A DNA stretch of 62,470 nucleotides, counting the filler, from Circinaria calcarea (taxonomy: Eukaryota): the NCBI GenBank assembly GCA_051942165.1. It is 31 parts of 31 records of this genome, joined end to end, with 100 filler letters (N's around TTAATTAATTAA, not from the genome) between each part and the next. Parts side by side here need not be neighbours in the genome. Positions count along the whole stretch, not along the records: positions 1 to 1,931 come from JAVECS010004074.1; positions 2,032 to 3,961 come from JAVECS010004075.1; positions 4,062 to 5,989 come from JAVECS010004076.1; positions 6,090 to 8,017 come from JAVECS010004077.1; positions 8,118 to 10,044 come from JAVECS010004078.1; positions 10,145 to 12,071 come from JAVECS010004079.1; positions 12,172 to 14,097 come from JAVECS010004080.1; 24 more parts are not named here. The stretch is one strand, 5' to 3'. The position numbers were made by a program, and so were the translations under genes. This document shows positions 1 through 14,197 of this stretch, piece after piece. Below the pieces are notes generated by a model. The model had not been told where the DNA came from. It saw only the letters and a program-made list of their open reading frames with translations, and made no database searches. Position 1 is the first letter of the stretch, and every line of letters starts with the position of its first letter.

Positions 1-140
1 TTACAAGTGTAGCAATATACTTCTATTGTCACTTATTACTTGCCAAGTGATTGGTATAGAACCCGTGCGCATATTACAGAGCCCCTGCCTTATACCAGTG
101 ACTAGCATTGCCTTTGCCTAAGAAGCTTAGGGACGTAACA
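1..140 (-). mobile_element. LTR family A, partial (5' part, truncated by window start)
   Basis: Near-identical to about 683-822 and to the reverse complement of about 53958-54097; minus strand begins TGTTACGTCCCTAAGC. Confidence 0.85.
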
Positions 141-1349
141 ATATGCTATCGAATACCACGAATAAAAGCGCGCCGCTATAAGCCTTCGTTATAGGCATTA
201 TAAATACACGTTTAAATTTATTATCGTCGTTATATACTAAATTTATATATGATCCACCCGGAAGATTATTTTTATTATTATTTATCTAATATTCTTGATT
301 GGTTTTTAGTTATTCGAAATAATTAGGGATTTTATTATAATCTGCAGCCATTTCTTTCTGAAATAGATCAAGTATTTCCGCACGTGCTCGTTAAATTTAA
401 TAAACTAGAATTATTATATTATAATGCCGTTTCAGGTGTAATGGCGCCACCAGCCATGACCAGTACTACGCATACCAAGGGTAGTCAGGAGGATGATCCG
501 AGTGATCCCTTGTGTAACGTATGGGATCAGTAGGAGCATTGGTGATCCAAGTGATCCGGCTGATCTGGCTATGGAGCAGTGGGATCATAGGGATCACTGC
601 TATGACCCCTGTCATGGAAAGGGTATATAGGCACAGTCCTTTCCGTAGCATTTGACCTGTGTGGTCAAAGCCTTACAAGACATTACAAGTATAGCAATAT
701 ATTTCTATTGTCACTTATTACTTGCCAAGTGATTGGTATAGAACCCGTGCGCCTATCTCAGAGCCCCTGCCTTATACCAGTGACTGGCATTGCCTTTGCC
801 TAAGAAGCTTAGGGACGTAACATCAGGGTATCTTATATAACTTTCGTAAATGAATCCTTTCGCATAGTTATAATAGTAGGTAAGGTATGTATAAACTATT
901 CCATAATATGTTACGGAGCTTTCTTTAGCTGGCTCGATTTAAGATAAATATACTTATTAATTACCTTAATAATTATTATAATTTAAGCTTCTTCCGAAAA
1001 ATTATAATTAATTTGAAAGAAGCACTCTTTCGTACTGCGACAGCCATAGCGAACAAGCTTAGTATTCGAAATTAACATAAAAAGAATAAAATTCTTTTGT
1101 ACGGCATATGCAAGCATGCCAGCCTTAAAGGCTTTAAACAATAGGAATTTCTGATCGAGTTTTAGGCAATCCATAATGTATAAAATGAATAAAGATGAAG
1201 CATTGTGGAATTCCATCATGTTTGTATATAAAATTATATTGTGGCCTGGTATTAAAACACAGATTATTAGGCGAGGTCTACCATGTCTGTCGCGGTCTAC
1301 CATCATTGTCGCCAAGGCACTAAAAGTCTACCATTAAAGTCGTAACCTC
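141..1349 (-). mobile_element. RIP-degraded Mutator-like (MULE/MuDR) transposase 5' end with probable terminal repeat, interrupted by a solo LTR
   Basis: Minus translation LDQKFLLFKAFKAGMLAYAVQKNF...VRYGCRSTKECFFQIN resembles the MuDR N-terminus (GQEFxSxEAFK...YA...C-x4-CPF) after transition mutations. AT-rich with many TAA stops. Three GTCTACCAT subrepeats at about 1276-1334; minus terminus GAGGTTACGAC at 1349. Confidence 0.6.
437..822 (-). mobile_element. Solo LTR, family A (386 bp), with 5-bp TSD TCAGG
   Basis: TG...CA termini (minus: TGTTACG...GGCGCCATTACA); TCAGG at 432-436 and 823-827; homologous copies elsewhere in the window. Confidence 0.92.
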
Positions 1350-1931
1350 ATTAAGACACTCGATTCCACACAAAACAAGCGACGTACCCGTGGTCGGATC
1401 GCTCTTGCGCGTGCAGTGATGAACTACGTGGCAAGAAGATTTGACTTCACGTCTTACTTTTTGAAGAAGGCCAAGTCAGATCTCTAGACCCCGAACGGAC
1501 TATTTGTCTCCAAAGAACGGGGGAAGGGGAAAGCTCAGCGGAAGACCCTTCAAGGATTTCCAGACTGCCCGGATTCGTCTAATTTCCTTGTTGAAAGATT
1601 TCCTTTCTCTGGAGAGCACACCTCGCAAGCGGTTCTAGACTTAGCATAGAGTTTTCTACACATACATTCCATACCTGGATCGGTTCCCCTATCCCCACAG
1701 AAAAAGCGCCCAGATCATGTCTCCAACAAAGTTCATGACTGACCCAAACACCCCCGAGGCGCATCCTACGATTTCCATACCACCGCACCTCACCCCCCAA
1801 CCCCACGGAATACACCCAAGAGAAATCATGCAACGGTACTTTCCGTTGAATTTTGCATACTCTCTCTCATACTTCGACTTGGATACCTGACGCTCTTCCA
1901 TCCTCTAACAACATTGAACTCCGCCCAAAAG

Positions 1932-2031
1932 NNNNNNNNNNNNNNNNNNNNNNNNNNNNNNNNNNNNNNNNNNNNTTAATTAATTAANNNNNNNNNNNNN
2001 NNNNNNNNNNNNNNNNNNNNNNNNNNNNNNN
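1932..2031. other. Artificial contig linker N44-TTAATTAATTAA-N44 (first of 30 copies, about every 2.0 kb)
   Basis: Same 100-bp N-padded six-frame stop spacer recurs between fragments of steadily decreasing length; genes are cut off at each linker. Confidence 0.99.
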
Positions 2032-3961
<1,930 letters not shown>

Positions 3962-4061
3962 NNNNNNNNNNNNNNNNNNNNNNNNNNNNNNNNNNNNNNN
4001 NNNNNTTAATTAATTAANNNNNNNNNNNNNNNNNNNNNNNNNNNNNNNNNNNNNNNNNNNN

Positions 4062-4739
4062 CGAGCTCGGCTGCGTAGAGCACATTGGCCAGCTTGCTCT
4101 GGCCGTAACGAGCCCATTGGGAGCCGGGACCGAAATCTTGGGTGGTCTTGAGCCCGTCGAACACAATACCGCCTGGGAACGGATACATGAAGCCAGTCGA
4201 GGCCAGGTGGAGGATGCGAGTATCGCCCGTTTTCTCCGCAGTTACCTGAAGGGTAGGGAGGAGGAGTTTGACGAGGAGAGCATGAGCGACATGATTGACG
4301 CCGAACTGGTTTTCGTAACCGTCCTCGGACAGAGCGGCTTCGGTGGCCATGACACCGGCATTGCAGATGAGGACGTCGAGTCGGGAAGACTGGGAGAGGA
4401 AGGCCTTGGCAGCGTTCTCAACGGAGGTGAGAGACAATTGATTGCACTCGATGAAGGTGAGCTTTACTGATGGGGCCGCGGATTTGACAGTGTTAATGAT
4501 GCCATCGGCAGCGCTGGCGTTGCGGCCAGTGAAATAGATATGTTCTGGGGAGTGCTTCGCAAGAGCGAGGATAGATTCTTTGCCAAGGCCATTGGTTCCT
4601 GTAAAGTTTTAGAAAGCGTTAGCTGACGTTAATTTAAAAATGGCCTGTAATCAGAGGGGGGGGGGGGAAACTTGCCTCCGGTGATCAGGAAGGTCTTGTT
4701 GGAAAGATCAGGAATGTCCTTTGCCGGGTTAAACGACAT
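4062..4739 (-). CDS. Short-chain dehydrogenase/reductase (retinol-dehydrogenase/WWOX-like), 5' part; GC-AG intron 4599-4675
   Basis: Spliced MSFNPAKDIPDLSNKTFLITGGTNGLGKE (TGxxxGxG), LICNAGVM, YGQSKLAN (YxxxK). Confidence 0.9.
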
Positions 4740-4840
4740 GGTAAACCACAGGGGGGGAAAAGGGCCAATAATAATAATAACAATCAAGCTCTTTCAAAAA
4801 AATCTATCTGCGAGTTAGGAACTAAAGCAGGGAGAGGAAG

Positions 4841-5053
4841 AAAAACACAAATGATTATATACCGGATAGAAAAAGAAATTATACAATCCTGCATTGATTA
4901 CTAATCGCATAAATCAGCATAACTTGTACAGATGACAAACAAAGCACAAACGCAAATGATTAATATACCGGATAGAAAAAAGAAAATACATAATCCTGCA
5001 TTGCTTACTAACTGCATAAATCAGCATAATTTGTACAGATGACAAAACAAAGC
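4841..5053. repeat. Tandem duplication of about 105 bp (2 diverged copies) upstream of the SDR start
   Basis: CAAATGATT(A)ATATACCGGATAGAAAAA...ATCCTGCATTG...CATAAATCAGCATAA..TGTACAGATGACAAA(A)CAAAGC occurs twice head-to-tail. Confidence 0.9.
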
Positions 5054-6682
5054 GGCGGTGCGCCAAATTCAGCCTTACCGGCCTTGTTCTTTTTCCGTAT
5101 GCCTTAGAATCCTTCGTGGCATTCATGATGGGGGTCCATGTACAATTGCCGCTTTCATGATCGACAGGGTATAATAATAAATACACACTTCTAATACAGC
5201 CGATAAACTCTTTTGCTCCGAGCGCATTTATCTTTTCACGAAAAGATCGTTCATTTTCTTTTTCTCCAAACGCGGGGATGGCTTATGTACAAAAGGACTC
5301 GGTAAAAAAAAAACGGGGTTACTGTAAAAAAACTCGTTGGGGGGTGAGAAAATGTAAGGCCGTAGAATACTTTACTTGTAAAGTATCTAAAGCTAAGGAA
5401 TGTGGTAATGTGAGGCACGAGCAATACGATGGCTATACGCAGTGTATGTGAGAACTAATCATTACAGAGGAAGAAATGTGCGAGTGAAAGGTTTTCACTA
5501 TACGCCAAGACGCCAACTAAACGAGGTGTCGCCACCCCCTAACCGTAGGGCCTGACAGAAAAAATCAAGTAAAATATACCAATAAACCCCTTATATTTTA
5601 ATTTGATCCCTTAGTTTTTAAATACGTTGGGGGCATATTTATTAGTTGAAAAAGGATTTTTCTCGCCCGCATCTACCATATCTGTTCTTGTATTATACCA
5701 TATTATGCTCTGTAAGCACATTTTGCTTTTTTTTTTTTTTTTTGGTAAGAAACTTGGCAACATGCGGCGTGCACAACAACTCCAGCCCTCTCTTTTTGGT
5801 TCGGTTTCGTGGCTGCCAGCTAGCCTATGTAGCTTTGACTAACTAACCCCCCCCCTAAACCTTTGCATATCCAAAGAAAACGGGCACGGTTTTCGGTTCG
5901 GCCAGAGCAAAACGGTTAATTCCCGTTCCCATTTTTATTTTTATTTTTATTTTTATTTTTTTAAAAAAAATCCAATGGGGGGGGGGGGGNNNNNNNNNNN
6001 NNNNNNNNNNNNNNNNNNNNNNNNNNNNNNNNNTTAATTAATTAANNNNNNNNNNNNNNNNNNNNNNNNNNNNNNNNNNNNNNNNNNNNGAGGCAGAGGC
6101 GAGGAGATGGGTAAGGAGGAGTGCTAGGGGGAATAAGGAGTGAGGGGAGATTTTGCTGCGGTGGCTGGAGATGGGGGTTTGCAGATTTGCAGATTTTGCT
6201 AATTGGAAAACAAGCCAGAGGTTTAAAAAGTGTGCTTGCTACTGGCTGAGAGAAAGAAAGAAGCTAGAAATGTGCTCATCAACGCAGAAAATGACCGTAC
6301 ACTCCATGACCACCGACTACCTCCATAAATCAATTAGTGAGAGTTAATTCCTTCAAAAGCAAAAAGCAAAGAGTCCAATCGGTTTGCCGCTGATACTGTG
6401 ATTACCGGACGAGCCTATCAAATGGTGTTGAAATCCATCTTTGAAGAACAAGAAAGGGGAATGGCAGTCTGTTGTATAGCAAGATTTATACGAGTTGATG
6501 AATGGAGTTGAATCCGTTCAAAGAAAAGAGATTACGATCCAGTCTGTCGCCGCTGCTACCACTGCAGTGGATGAATAGGGCCTGGTTAGCAGCTTTGCCA
6601 AGAACGAGTTCCAAGTAACGTACCCAGAAGAAGAAATTACCACTCTCAAATTCTCGACATCTGCGGGGGCGTTGTAGGGGAG

Positions 6683-7626
6683 TCAGGCCTTCTTCAACGT
6701 CACCGGCTCGCGGACCATGATATCCAACTCGACTGGCTTCGCGCCACGGGTGAGCTGGATCTTCGTGGTGATTTCGAATCCCAAGCGAGCGTAGATCACG
6801 GGGTTAATGGCGTTGCTGCTTTCGAGGTAGCAGGCGCGGCCCTGTTCGTCTGCCTGTTGGGACAAAAGATTAGCGACAACTCGGCGTTTCCAATGTCCCG
6901 TCATCACTTACAATCCTCGTGACATGCTCAATCAGCTTTCTTGCGTACCCCTTGCCTCTACCGGCGACTTTCGTCCCGATATAGACCAGATACCACGAGT
7001 GGTCATCGCGCGGTCCCAAGGTTTCCTGCTTTGTGATATGGAGCAGAGGAAGGAACTCGGTGAAGAAACGCTTCTTGCCTTCGGCGGAGAGCTTATAGTT
7101 CAAACGCCACATGCCTGAGCGGATCATAGTGCACCAATCATCCATGTTACTGCCGGGTGGCATCCTAATACATGAGTAGATCTTAGACTGAAGTCGATCT
7201 GAAGGTATCTGGAGGTATCTGAAATATCGATTTCTCCAATAAAAACATTGACGACGATGAATAATGAGATAAACTCACTTACCACAAAGCGACAGAATCA
7301 TAATTGGGACCGATGGCCATAGCCAGTCCTTTGAGACAATGTGCAGAGACAACGTACTCGAGAATACTGACATGAAGGTCCCACTTCTTGGCTGCAGTCC
7401 AATGGGTACGGTCCCCAGTCTCAATAAAGTACTGGGCGACATCGTCAGTGGCGAAGGCCTCCGCAAGGCATAGGGCGGCGGCTTTGTACTCGGATGGCTT
7501 GATGACGCGCGGCTTGTACGTGGTCGGAACTGAAGACGGTTTGAGACAAGGACTGGCGGTGCCACTGGAAGATTGGGAGGATGAGGTAGTGCTGGAGATG
7601 GTAATAGCAGGACCAAATTTCTCCAT
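6683..7626 (-). CDS. GNAT-family N-acetyltransferase; introns 7165-7282 and 6854-6911; true start uncertain
   Basis: AAALCLAEAFATDDVAQY, SVALW|MPPG, WYLVYIGTKVAGRGKGYARKLI (motif A), CYLESSNAINPVIYARLGF. Confidence 0.88.
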
Positions 7627-8207
7627 GATGAGTTTCGATCCTTCTATTAAGTCAAGAACGATTGTCTTGTGCTATTATTGCGGGTAAGCATTGAGTCGAC
7701 CGAAATCGTCCTGCTCTTCTACGGCTACTACTCGCTACATACCAAACTTGGTCGTCTCTGTTAGCTTGGGTCATCTGGTAAAGGGGCGGTACTTACGTTC
7801 AAGGTTTATTAGCTGGTCTCACTAAATCTCCCGTATGGTCTTTTGAGAGTTGGGATCTCGAGACCGACTCGAATCGAGACGGGTAACGCAAGCAGTTGAG
7901 AGATTGGCGGATATCAACCGACATCCACGCTGCAGTGATGGAGGGAACCCTTGAAAAGAGGTCTGATTGAGAATTTGAGGTCTCTTGGGATAGAAACGAT
8001 TCAACGAGAAACTATGGNNNNNNNNNNNNNNNNNNNNNNNNNNNNNNNNNNNNNNNNNNNNTTAATTAATTAANNNNNNNNNNNNNNNNNNNNNNNNNNN
8101 NNNNNNNNNNNNNNNNNGGGGGAAGGAAGAAGGCTGGCTGGGAGTTAAAAAAAAACCCCCCCTTTCACATTTTCAAAAACCCTTGCGAAAAAGAGGAAAA
8201 AGGAAAG

Positions 8208-8335
8208 GAAAGCAAAAGCAAAAGCAAAAGCAAAAGCAAAAGCAAAAGCAAAAGCAAAAGCAAAAGCAAAAGCAAAAGCAAAAGCCCAAAAAAAACCCCC
8301 AGAACGAAAGAAAAACCCCAGTAGCAGAGGTAGAG

Positions 8336-8372
<37 letters not shown>

Positions 8373-8376
8373 CAGA
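8208..8376. repeat. Hexanucleotide microsatellites (AAAGCA)n and (GAGCCA)n
   Basis: Directly visible pure tandem runs at about 8208-8285 and 8333-8376. Confidence 0.97.
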
Positions 8377-9407
8377 GAGGAAAACGATTGGGATAGGGAT
8401 AGAGTTGGGGATGGAGCTGGGCCGGGCCCCTGTGTGTCAGGGGCAGATATGGCAGGGGGCGTATTGCCTCAATGTTCTTTCTCCCGAGGTAAAGGTACCA
8501 GAAAATATGATTATATTATATGTCAAGTCAAGCTAGGCCAAGCTGGCAAAACGGACCGACCAGAAGAAGAAGCTGGGAGGGGGTGTGCCCCGAGTGATAC
8601 GGTTCTTGCTGTCCTGTCCGCACCCGAGCCAACAGTTCAAGGGATAGGATAAATAGAGAGATAGATGGGGCAAAGACGCTCGTCTGTCCAATTCCATCGT
8701 ACTCTGTACCGTAGGCCTTTGGGGTCCTGAATGAACGTGGGAGAATCAGAGGGGGGACATGGCGGAGACTGAACTGCTACGGGTGCAATGCGATGCGCAT
8801 ATGAAAGAGCAGGTAGTAACTGCATTCTATTGCTAATTCTGCTCCACTGCTGCTGCTTTCCGTCTTTCCTTTTTTTTTTTTCCCGTCTCGAAATCCCTCT
8901 CCGATTTCCTCGTTCTGTGCATATTGATGCACGTGGCCTTCTTCTTCTCCTTTTCTCCAACATCGCACTTCCATCAACATCTTCCCCAGCTTCACTCACA
9001 CATCCATCAACCACTTCCCCCTCCTTCCCCGGTCGTGCTTTTGGATAGGCCATACGGTAGACTTGCATGGTTCCGGTAGAATTGTCGTACCCAGGAGCGT
9101 CCGTGCTTATGCAACGGTTCCAGGCTGTTTGTCACAGGAGAATGGCCGAAAAAAGACTCGGATCTCCAAAACTTCATCTCCCTACTTCGGAAGACGACCC
9201 GACAACATACTCCCTTCCATGCAGAAAAGGAGCAACCAGCTGCGTGTGCTGTTGCCAGTCGGCGGGTCGATCAAAGTAGGTCCATCTCAGACCGGCCAAG
9301 ATGACTTGTTGTAATTAAACAAAAAAAAAGTGTGCGATAGGAAACTTGATTGCTTCACTCTAGGAAAAATGCAGATATCGTCCGTTTCGTAACTGATTTC
9401 TCATCAT

Positions 9408-10044
9408 TCATCGGCGGCGAGCGGGGCGGGATGAATATCCGGCCGAGGCTCTTGGGGCAGCAACACGGGGTTTGATCTCGTGATACTGGGGTTCCGGCTC
9501 GCTTTCTGAATCATCTTCCTCGCTCGAAGAGCACCCGGAAGAGCTCTCATCAGAGTATCCACATCGGCTTCCACCACAGTCAAGCTTGACGCGGTCACCA
9601 CGACGGGTAATACCGTAGCGATTACACTTGCATTCACCAGATCCAGACGAGGCGGGGTCGCTTAGACTCGACAAAGAGCTCGGCGAGCTGAAACCCGAGG
9701 AGCGGCTGGATAGACTGGAGCCAACGGACGAAGCTGGAGAGTAGCTGGGCTCGTACAGGCTAGCTTTCTCAAGGTGAGAAGCAATGTCGTCGATTTCTGG
9801 AGACGTGCTGTAGTCTGCCTCTCGGACGCGGCGGGACGCGTACGGCTTGGAAGGCTTTGGGTGGGCAATCTTGCTGGGCGAGAGAGAGCGGCCTTTGGGG
9901 ATCTCAGATTGGCGAGCAACGCTGCCACGTTTGCTAATGGAAAGCGGGGGTGCAGCTACGGACGAGCGGGACGAGTGAGACGAATAGGGAACGTCAAGGA
10001 TGTTGAGGGATCGGCCGGTGGTAGGCTCGGTGGTGGAAGGTTGG
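9408..10044 (-). CDS. 3' end of a Ser/Pro-rich hypothetical protein with a small Cys motif (probable 1-nt frameshift near 9950)
   Basis: Long open frame PLSISKRGSVARQSE...ECKCNRYGITRRGDRVKLDCGGSRCGY...ARRR*; upstream part is open in a different frame. Confidence 0.55.
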
Positions 10045-10445
10045 NNNNNNNNNNNNNNNNNNNNNNNNNNNNNNNNNNNNNNNNNNNNTTAATTAATTAA
10101 NNNNNNNNNNNNNNNNNNNNNNNNNNNNNNNNNNNNNNNNNNNNTGTTGATTAATACTAAGTATAGTAAACCGACTTTTTATTTAAAAATTTCGCTCTCG
10201 TCACCAAAAAGGCTGGATGAAACCCTCAGACTGCGCTTCGCGCGCACGCTATTTTTAGCATCAACTAACTATATATGGACATTCCAAAAAATACGCGGCA
10301 GCGGAGCAAAGCAGTCTGAATTTCTGAGACAAGCGAAAGGACAAGTCTGAACAGAGGAAATGTGAACTTTCACGTACGGAGCACGAACTCTTACTGTCAC
10401 ACATAATAGATTTGTTTTCAATCATAAATTCACCCCTGAGGCAAT

Positions 10446-11631
10446 ATGAGGATCCTCGGTTGTCTGCTGTTAGCAATGCTATCGCTGACGAGTTTCGCGG
10501 CCAAAAAGAGTGCTGGGGACCGTTTCGAGAATTATCATTCCAAGTCGCTTTCGGCAAGTCCTGTAAAACTCGATGACAACTCATACGAAAATCTCACCAG
10601 AGCTCCCCGAGACTATACTGTGATTGTCCTGTTGACTGCATTGGAAGCAAGATTCGGGTGCCAAATGTGCCGCGATTTCCAACCAGAATGGGATGTTATT
10701 GCTAAGAGCTGGGTAAGAGGAGATCGGCAGGGTGCAAGTCGCGTTGTATTCGGAACACTAGACTTTGCGGATGGTAAAGGGACATTTCAAAAGGTGTGTG
10801 CAGCTAGCCATAATTTGGCTCCTGATCCCTTGAGGGTTAAATATGGTTTATCTAAGCAATGTTAGCTCATGCTTCAAACGGCACCTATACTTCTCCTTTT
10901 CCCACCAACAATCGGAGTCGGAGCCAAACCAGAGGCCCAGCCAACTCGATATGATTTTACTGCTGGGTAAATTCCAAAGACAATACTTTTCCTAGACTGA
11001 GATATTTACTGATGCGGTCCCAGACCTCAATCGGCCGAACAGATTTATGGATGGATAACTCGACACTTACCTGATGGTCCTAAACCTCTAATTTATCGGC
11101 CTCTTAACTATGTTCGCATTGTCGCAACTACGACAATAATGCTCGGGGCCGTCAGCTTCCTAAGTATTGCCTCACCATACATACTTCCCGTTCTCCAGAA
11201 TCGGAATCTCTGGGCTGCAATAAGTTTGATCATCATCTTGCTATTCACGAGCGGTCATATGTTCAATCACATTCGAAAGGTACCTTACGTTTCAGGAGAT
11301 GGCAAAGGGGGCGTCAGCTACTTCGCTGGGGGGTTTTCCAGTCAATTTGGCCTCGAGACACAAATTATCGCCGCAATTTGTATGTTGTTACTCCGAAAGA
11401 TTGATATATTCACTTGTTTAGAATATCACGGCTAACTGCTTGACGATAGACAGCGTGCTATCATTCGCGACAATAGCATTAGCTCTGAAGGTTCCCCGCA
11501 TGGGAGATCCGAGGCAACAGCAGGTCGCCGTGATGGTCTGGGGTAGTGTGATGTTTGGGATGTACAGCTTTCTTTTGAGTGTGTTTAGGGTCAAAAATGG
11601 CGGGTACCCATTCCACCTACCACCCTTCTAG
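10446..11631 (+). CDS. OST3: Oligosaccharyltransferase OST3/OST6 (MagT1-like) subunit, complete; introns 10794-10865, 10967-11023, 11380-11449
   Basis: Signal peptide, thioredoxin-like CQMC, LFTSGHMFNHIRKVPY, QFGLETQI, C-terminal FRVKNGGYPF; all splice sites canonical. Confidence 0.93.
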
Positions 11632-11931
11632 GAAAAATCCAAATCATTATAATTTTTTCAAATTTAAAAATATAAATAAATAATTATTCCCTTATAATAA
11701 TTAATTATTTAATACGAGAAATAAAATTCAAATTCGATTTGATATAATTCGAAATTATTTCACGGTAATTATAGAATATTTATTATTACGGATTTAGTAG
11801 GCACGGGTTGCTATTAAGAATAATAAGGAAATAATGCAATAATTTAATATATATTTAAAATTATTTGTTAAGGAAACGCAAGCTAAGGTTTTTAAAAAAA
11901 TAAAAGCTGATCGATTGGTATAAGGGAATAA

Positions 11932-12071
11932 TGTTATGGCGCCAGCACCATAGCATGCACTAGGGACAAAAGGAGTTAGGTACCGGGGGTACTAGGGACC
12001 GAACTCCGGGTTGCTTACGATGCCGCTCCGTGTAACCATAGGGAGCATGGGAACCAAGGGTTTGCTCACCA
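11932..12071 (-). mobile_element. LTR 3' end (partial) next to AT-rich RIP-like DNA at about 11640-11930
   Basis: Minus strand ends ATGGTGCTGGCGCCATAACA, matching the 3' terminus of the LTR at 39800-40140. Confidence 0.7.
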
Positions 12072-12171
12072 NNNNNNNNNNNNNNNNNNNNNNNNNNNNN
12101 NNNNNNNNNNNNNNNTTAATTAATTAANNNNNNNNNNNNNNNNNNNNNNNNNNNNNNNNNNNNNNNNNNNN

Positions 12172-12361
12172 CGTGTCTAGTGGGTTCGATAAGAATGTCA
12201 ATATCTTCTCGGCGGATGACTGGGCGCTGGCGAAGACGCTGAGTGGGCATTCTGGAAATGTGCTGAGTGTGGATGTCAGTATGGATGGGAGATGGATCAC
12301 CAGCTGTGGGCATGATCGGACGGTGAAGCTTTGGGGATGTGACGATGGTAGGGGTATTTAG
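12172..12361 (+). CDS. PRP4: WD40 C-terminus, probably U4/U6 snRNP protein Prp4
   Basis: VSSGFDKNVNIFSADDWALAKTLSGHSGNVLSVDVSMDGRWITSCGHDRTVKLW resembles fungal Prp4 C-termini. Confidence 0.75.
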
Positions 12362-12606
12362 TGTTAGAAGAACACTTTGATAATCATCTTACCTATTCGC
12401 TGTAGCCGGGGCTCAAAGTGTAGGAATCGAGTTGCACTGTGGAGCTTGAAGCTCATAAGTTGCCACACGGTAGCTTTGCGGCGGCCGTCAGCACCACATG
12501 TATTATAACGTTTTGGACAGCAAGGATTTGCATATGCATTTACATGAATAATAATGTCATACTCTAATTGCATGAACAAAAACTCTAGAGGGTATCATAA
12601 ATTTCG

Positions 12607-14097
12607 CTACAACTCATCCTTGAATATCTCCTCGCTGCCCTCATCTGCGTTCCCCTCGTCCGATTCCTCTCCCCCTTCTCCTTTCCCATCGTCCTCATCC
12701 TCATCGCCATCCACAGTCCCCCTCAACTCCCGAACTCCATCCAGCACATCCACCACTTCCAACGTCCACCCCTTGTCCCCTGCCAACTCCTCCAACTTCT
12801 TCCGCAGCGTCTCCACCATCGCCGGGTCCAAATCCATCTTCTTCAAGTCCTCGTTTGATAGCTTCTGCACTTTGCCCCCTTTCTCGTTCGGATCGCTTCT
12901 GGCGACGATATCGGCCTTGGCGCCTTCCTTGTGCTGGGCTATTCGGGGCAGTTCGATACGCTGGCCGTCTTTGCCGACGAGCTTCATGCCGCCCACTTCG
13001 ATATCTCCAACCATCGGTCTGGAGTTTGCTTTGCTACCGGCGCCGAGCTCTTTGCGTTCTGCTTCGGCAGCTTTGCGTATTTCCCAATCGTCAATTTCTT
13101 CGTCCGGGACGATTTCCTGGCAGACGATCGGATGCGCTTTCGTCTCCCTCGGTGGGAGGAAAGCGACGTCGTTGCAGAGCCTCGGCGTGTAGATGACCAT
13201 CAAATAGGAGCAGGTGGATATCTCCTTGATCCAGCCGATACGATCCGTGCTGTGTGGATGGCAATGGAATTGGATCTGGACTTTTCGCGGTTTGCCCGTA
13301 AGGTCGCATGTCGTTCCGCCACTGAGCTTCTGCACCAGATATCTCATATCGCCTTTGGCTTGCAACTCTGCAACTTCTAAGCCTCCTAGGCTATCCTTTG
13401 TTGAGCTTCCTATTTTTTGTTGTCCGTCAATCTGACCCCCTTGCTCCCTTCTGGCGTCAAATCTACCTAGTACATATGATGGTGTTGCCTCGTCCTCAAC
13501 TGGCGGATAAGGCGGTATGCCGCCTCGACCTGGCGGCAACTGGTGGAATTGTTTCACATGCTGGTTGTAACAAAATGAATAGGACCACCATCCGGAAATA
13601 AAGTACATGCATTGTCCTTCCATATCTTTGAGCAGATCCCATCCCCGACCCGCCGCCCGTGCCAACTCTTCCTCTTCTTCGGCTTTACTTTGTGCAGCTG
13701 CCGTCTGATTTCTGGGTGCAACGGAGATTTGCGGAATTGAGCAGAGATAGGGCGCATGATCTAGCATCATGTATTCATAGCCCGTTGGAATCGCTGCATT
13801 AGCGGATTCGTAGTCACTCCCCGTAGAGCTTTTACTACTGTAGCTGCGCGTCGATAACTCAGCGGCCGTTTCCTGAGAACGGGGCGCATTGTGTGAGCTA
13901 GGAGTGGTAGATTTGGCTTTTGATGATGAGCTAGAGGATGCATATACTAGGCGTGACTCGGCATCGGTGTCGGATATGTACGTATCAGCGAATATGACCT
14001 CGTACTATTGCGTTTTGTTAGCAAAACTGTAGAGAGTGATATGGTTGCGGGAGCAGTGTACCTGAGGGAATGCCAGGAGATCGTCGTGAACACTAAA
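12607..14097 (-). CDS. YOS9: ER lectin OS-9/Yos9 (MRH domain), 5'-truncated; intron 14005-14061
   Basis: FSVHDDLLAFPQ|YEVIF; CMYFISGWWSYSFCYNQHVKQFH; GTTCDLTGKPR; IKEISTCSYLMVIYTPRLC; ends KDEL. Confidence 0.93.
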
Positions 14098-14197
14098 NNN
14101 NNNNNNNNNNNNNNNNNNNNNNNNNNNNNNNNNNNNNNNNNTTAATTAATTAANNNNNNNNNNNNNNNNNNNNNNNNNNNNNNNNNNNNNNNNNNNN

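Noticed and set aside
8183..8536. KQ/EP-repeat ORF (also the poly-Leu ORF 54775-54996 and SIYLSIHP ORF 57474-57680)
   Set aside because: Translations of microsatellites with no other coding evidence.
12607..12621. KDEL rather than HDEL at the ends of YOS9 and GTB1
   Set aside because: KDEL-type ER retention signals are ordinary in filamentous ascomycetes.
12554..13196. Long antisense ORFs over YOS9 (similar ones over GTB1, COQ2, the MFS pump and 35177-35842)
   Set aside because: Shadow frames of well-supported genes on the opposite strand.
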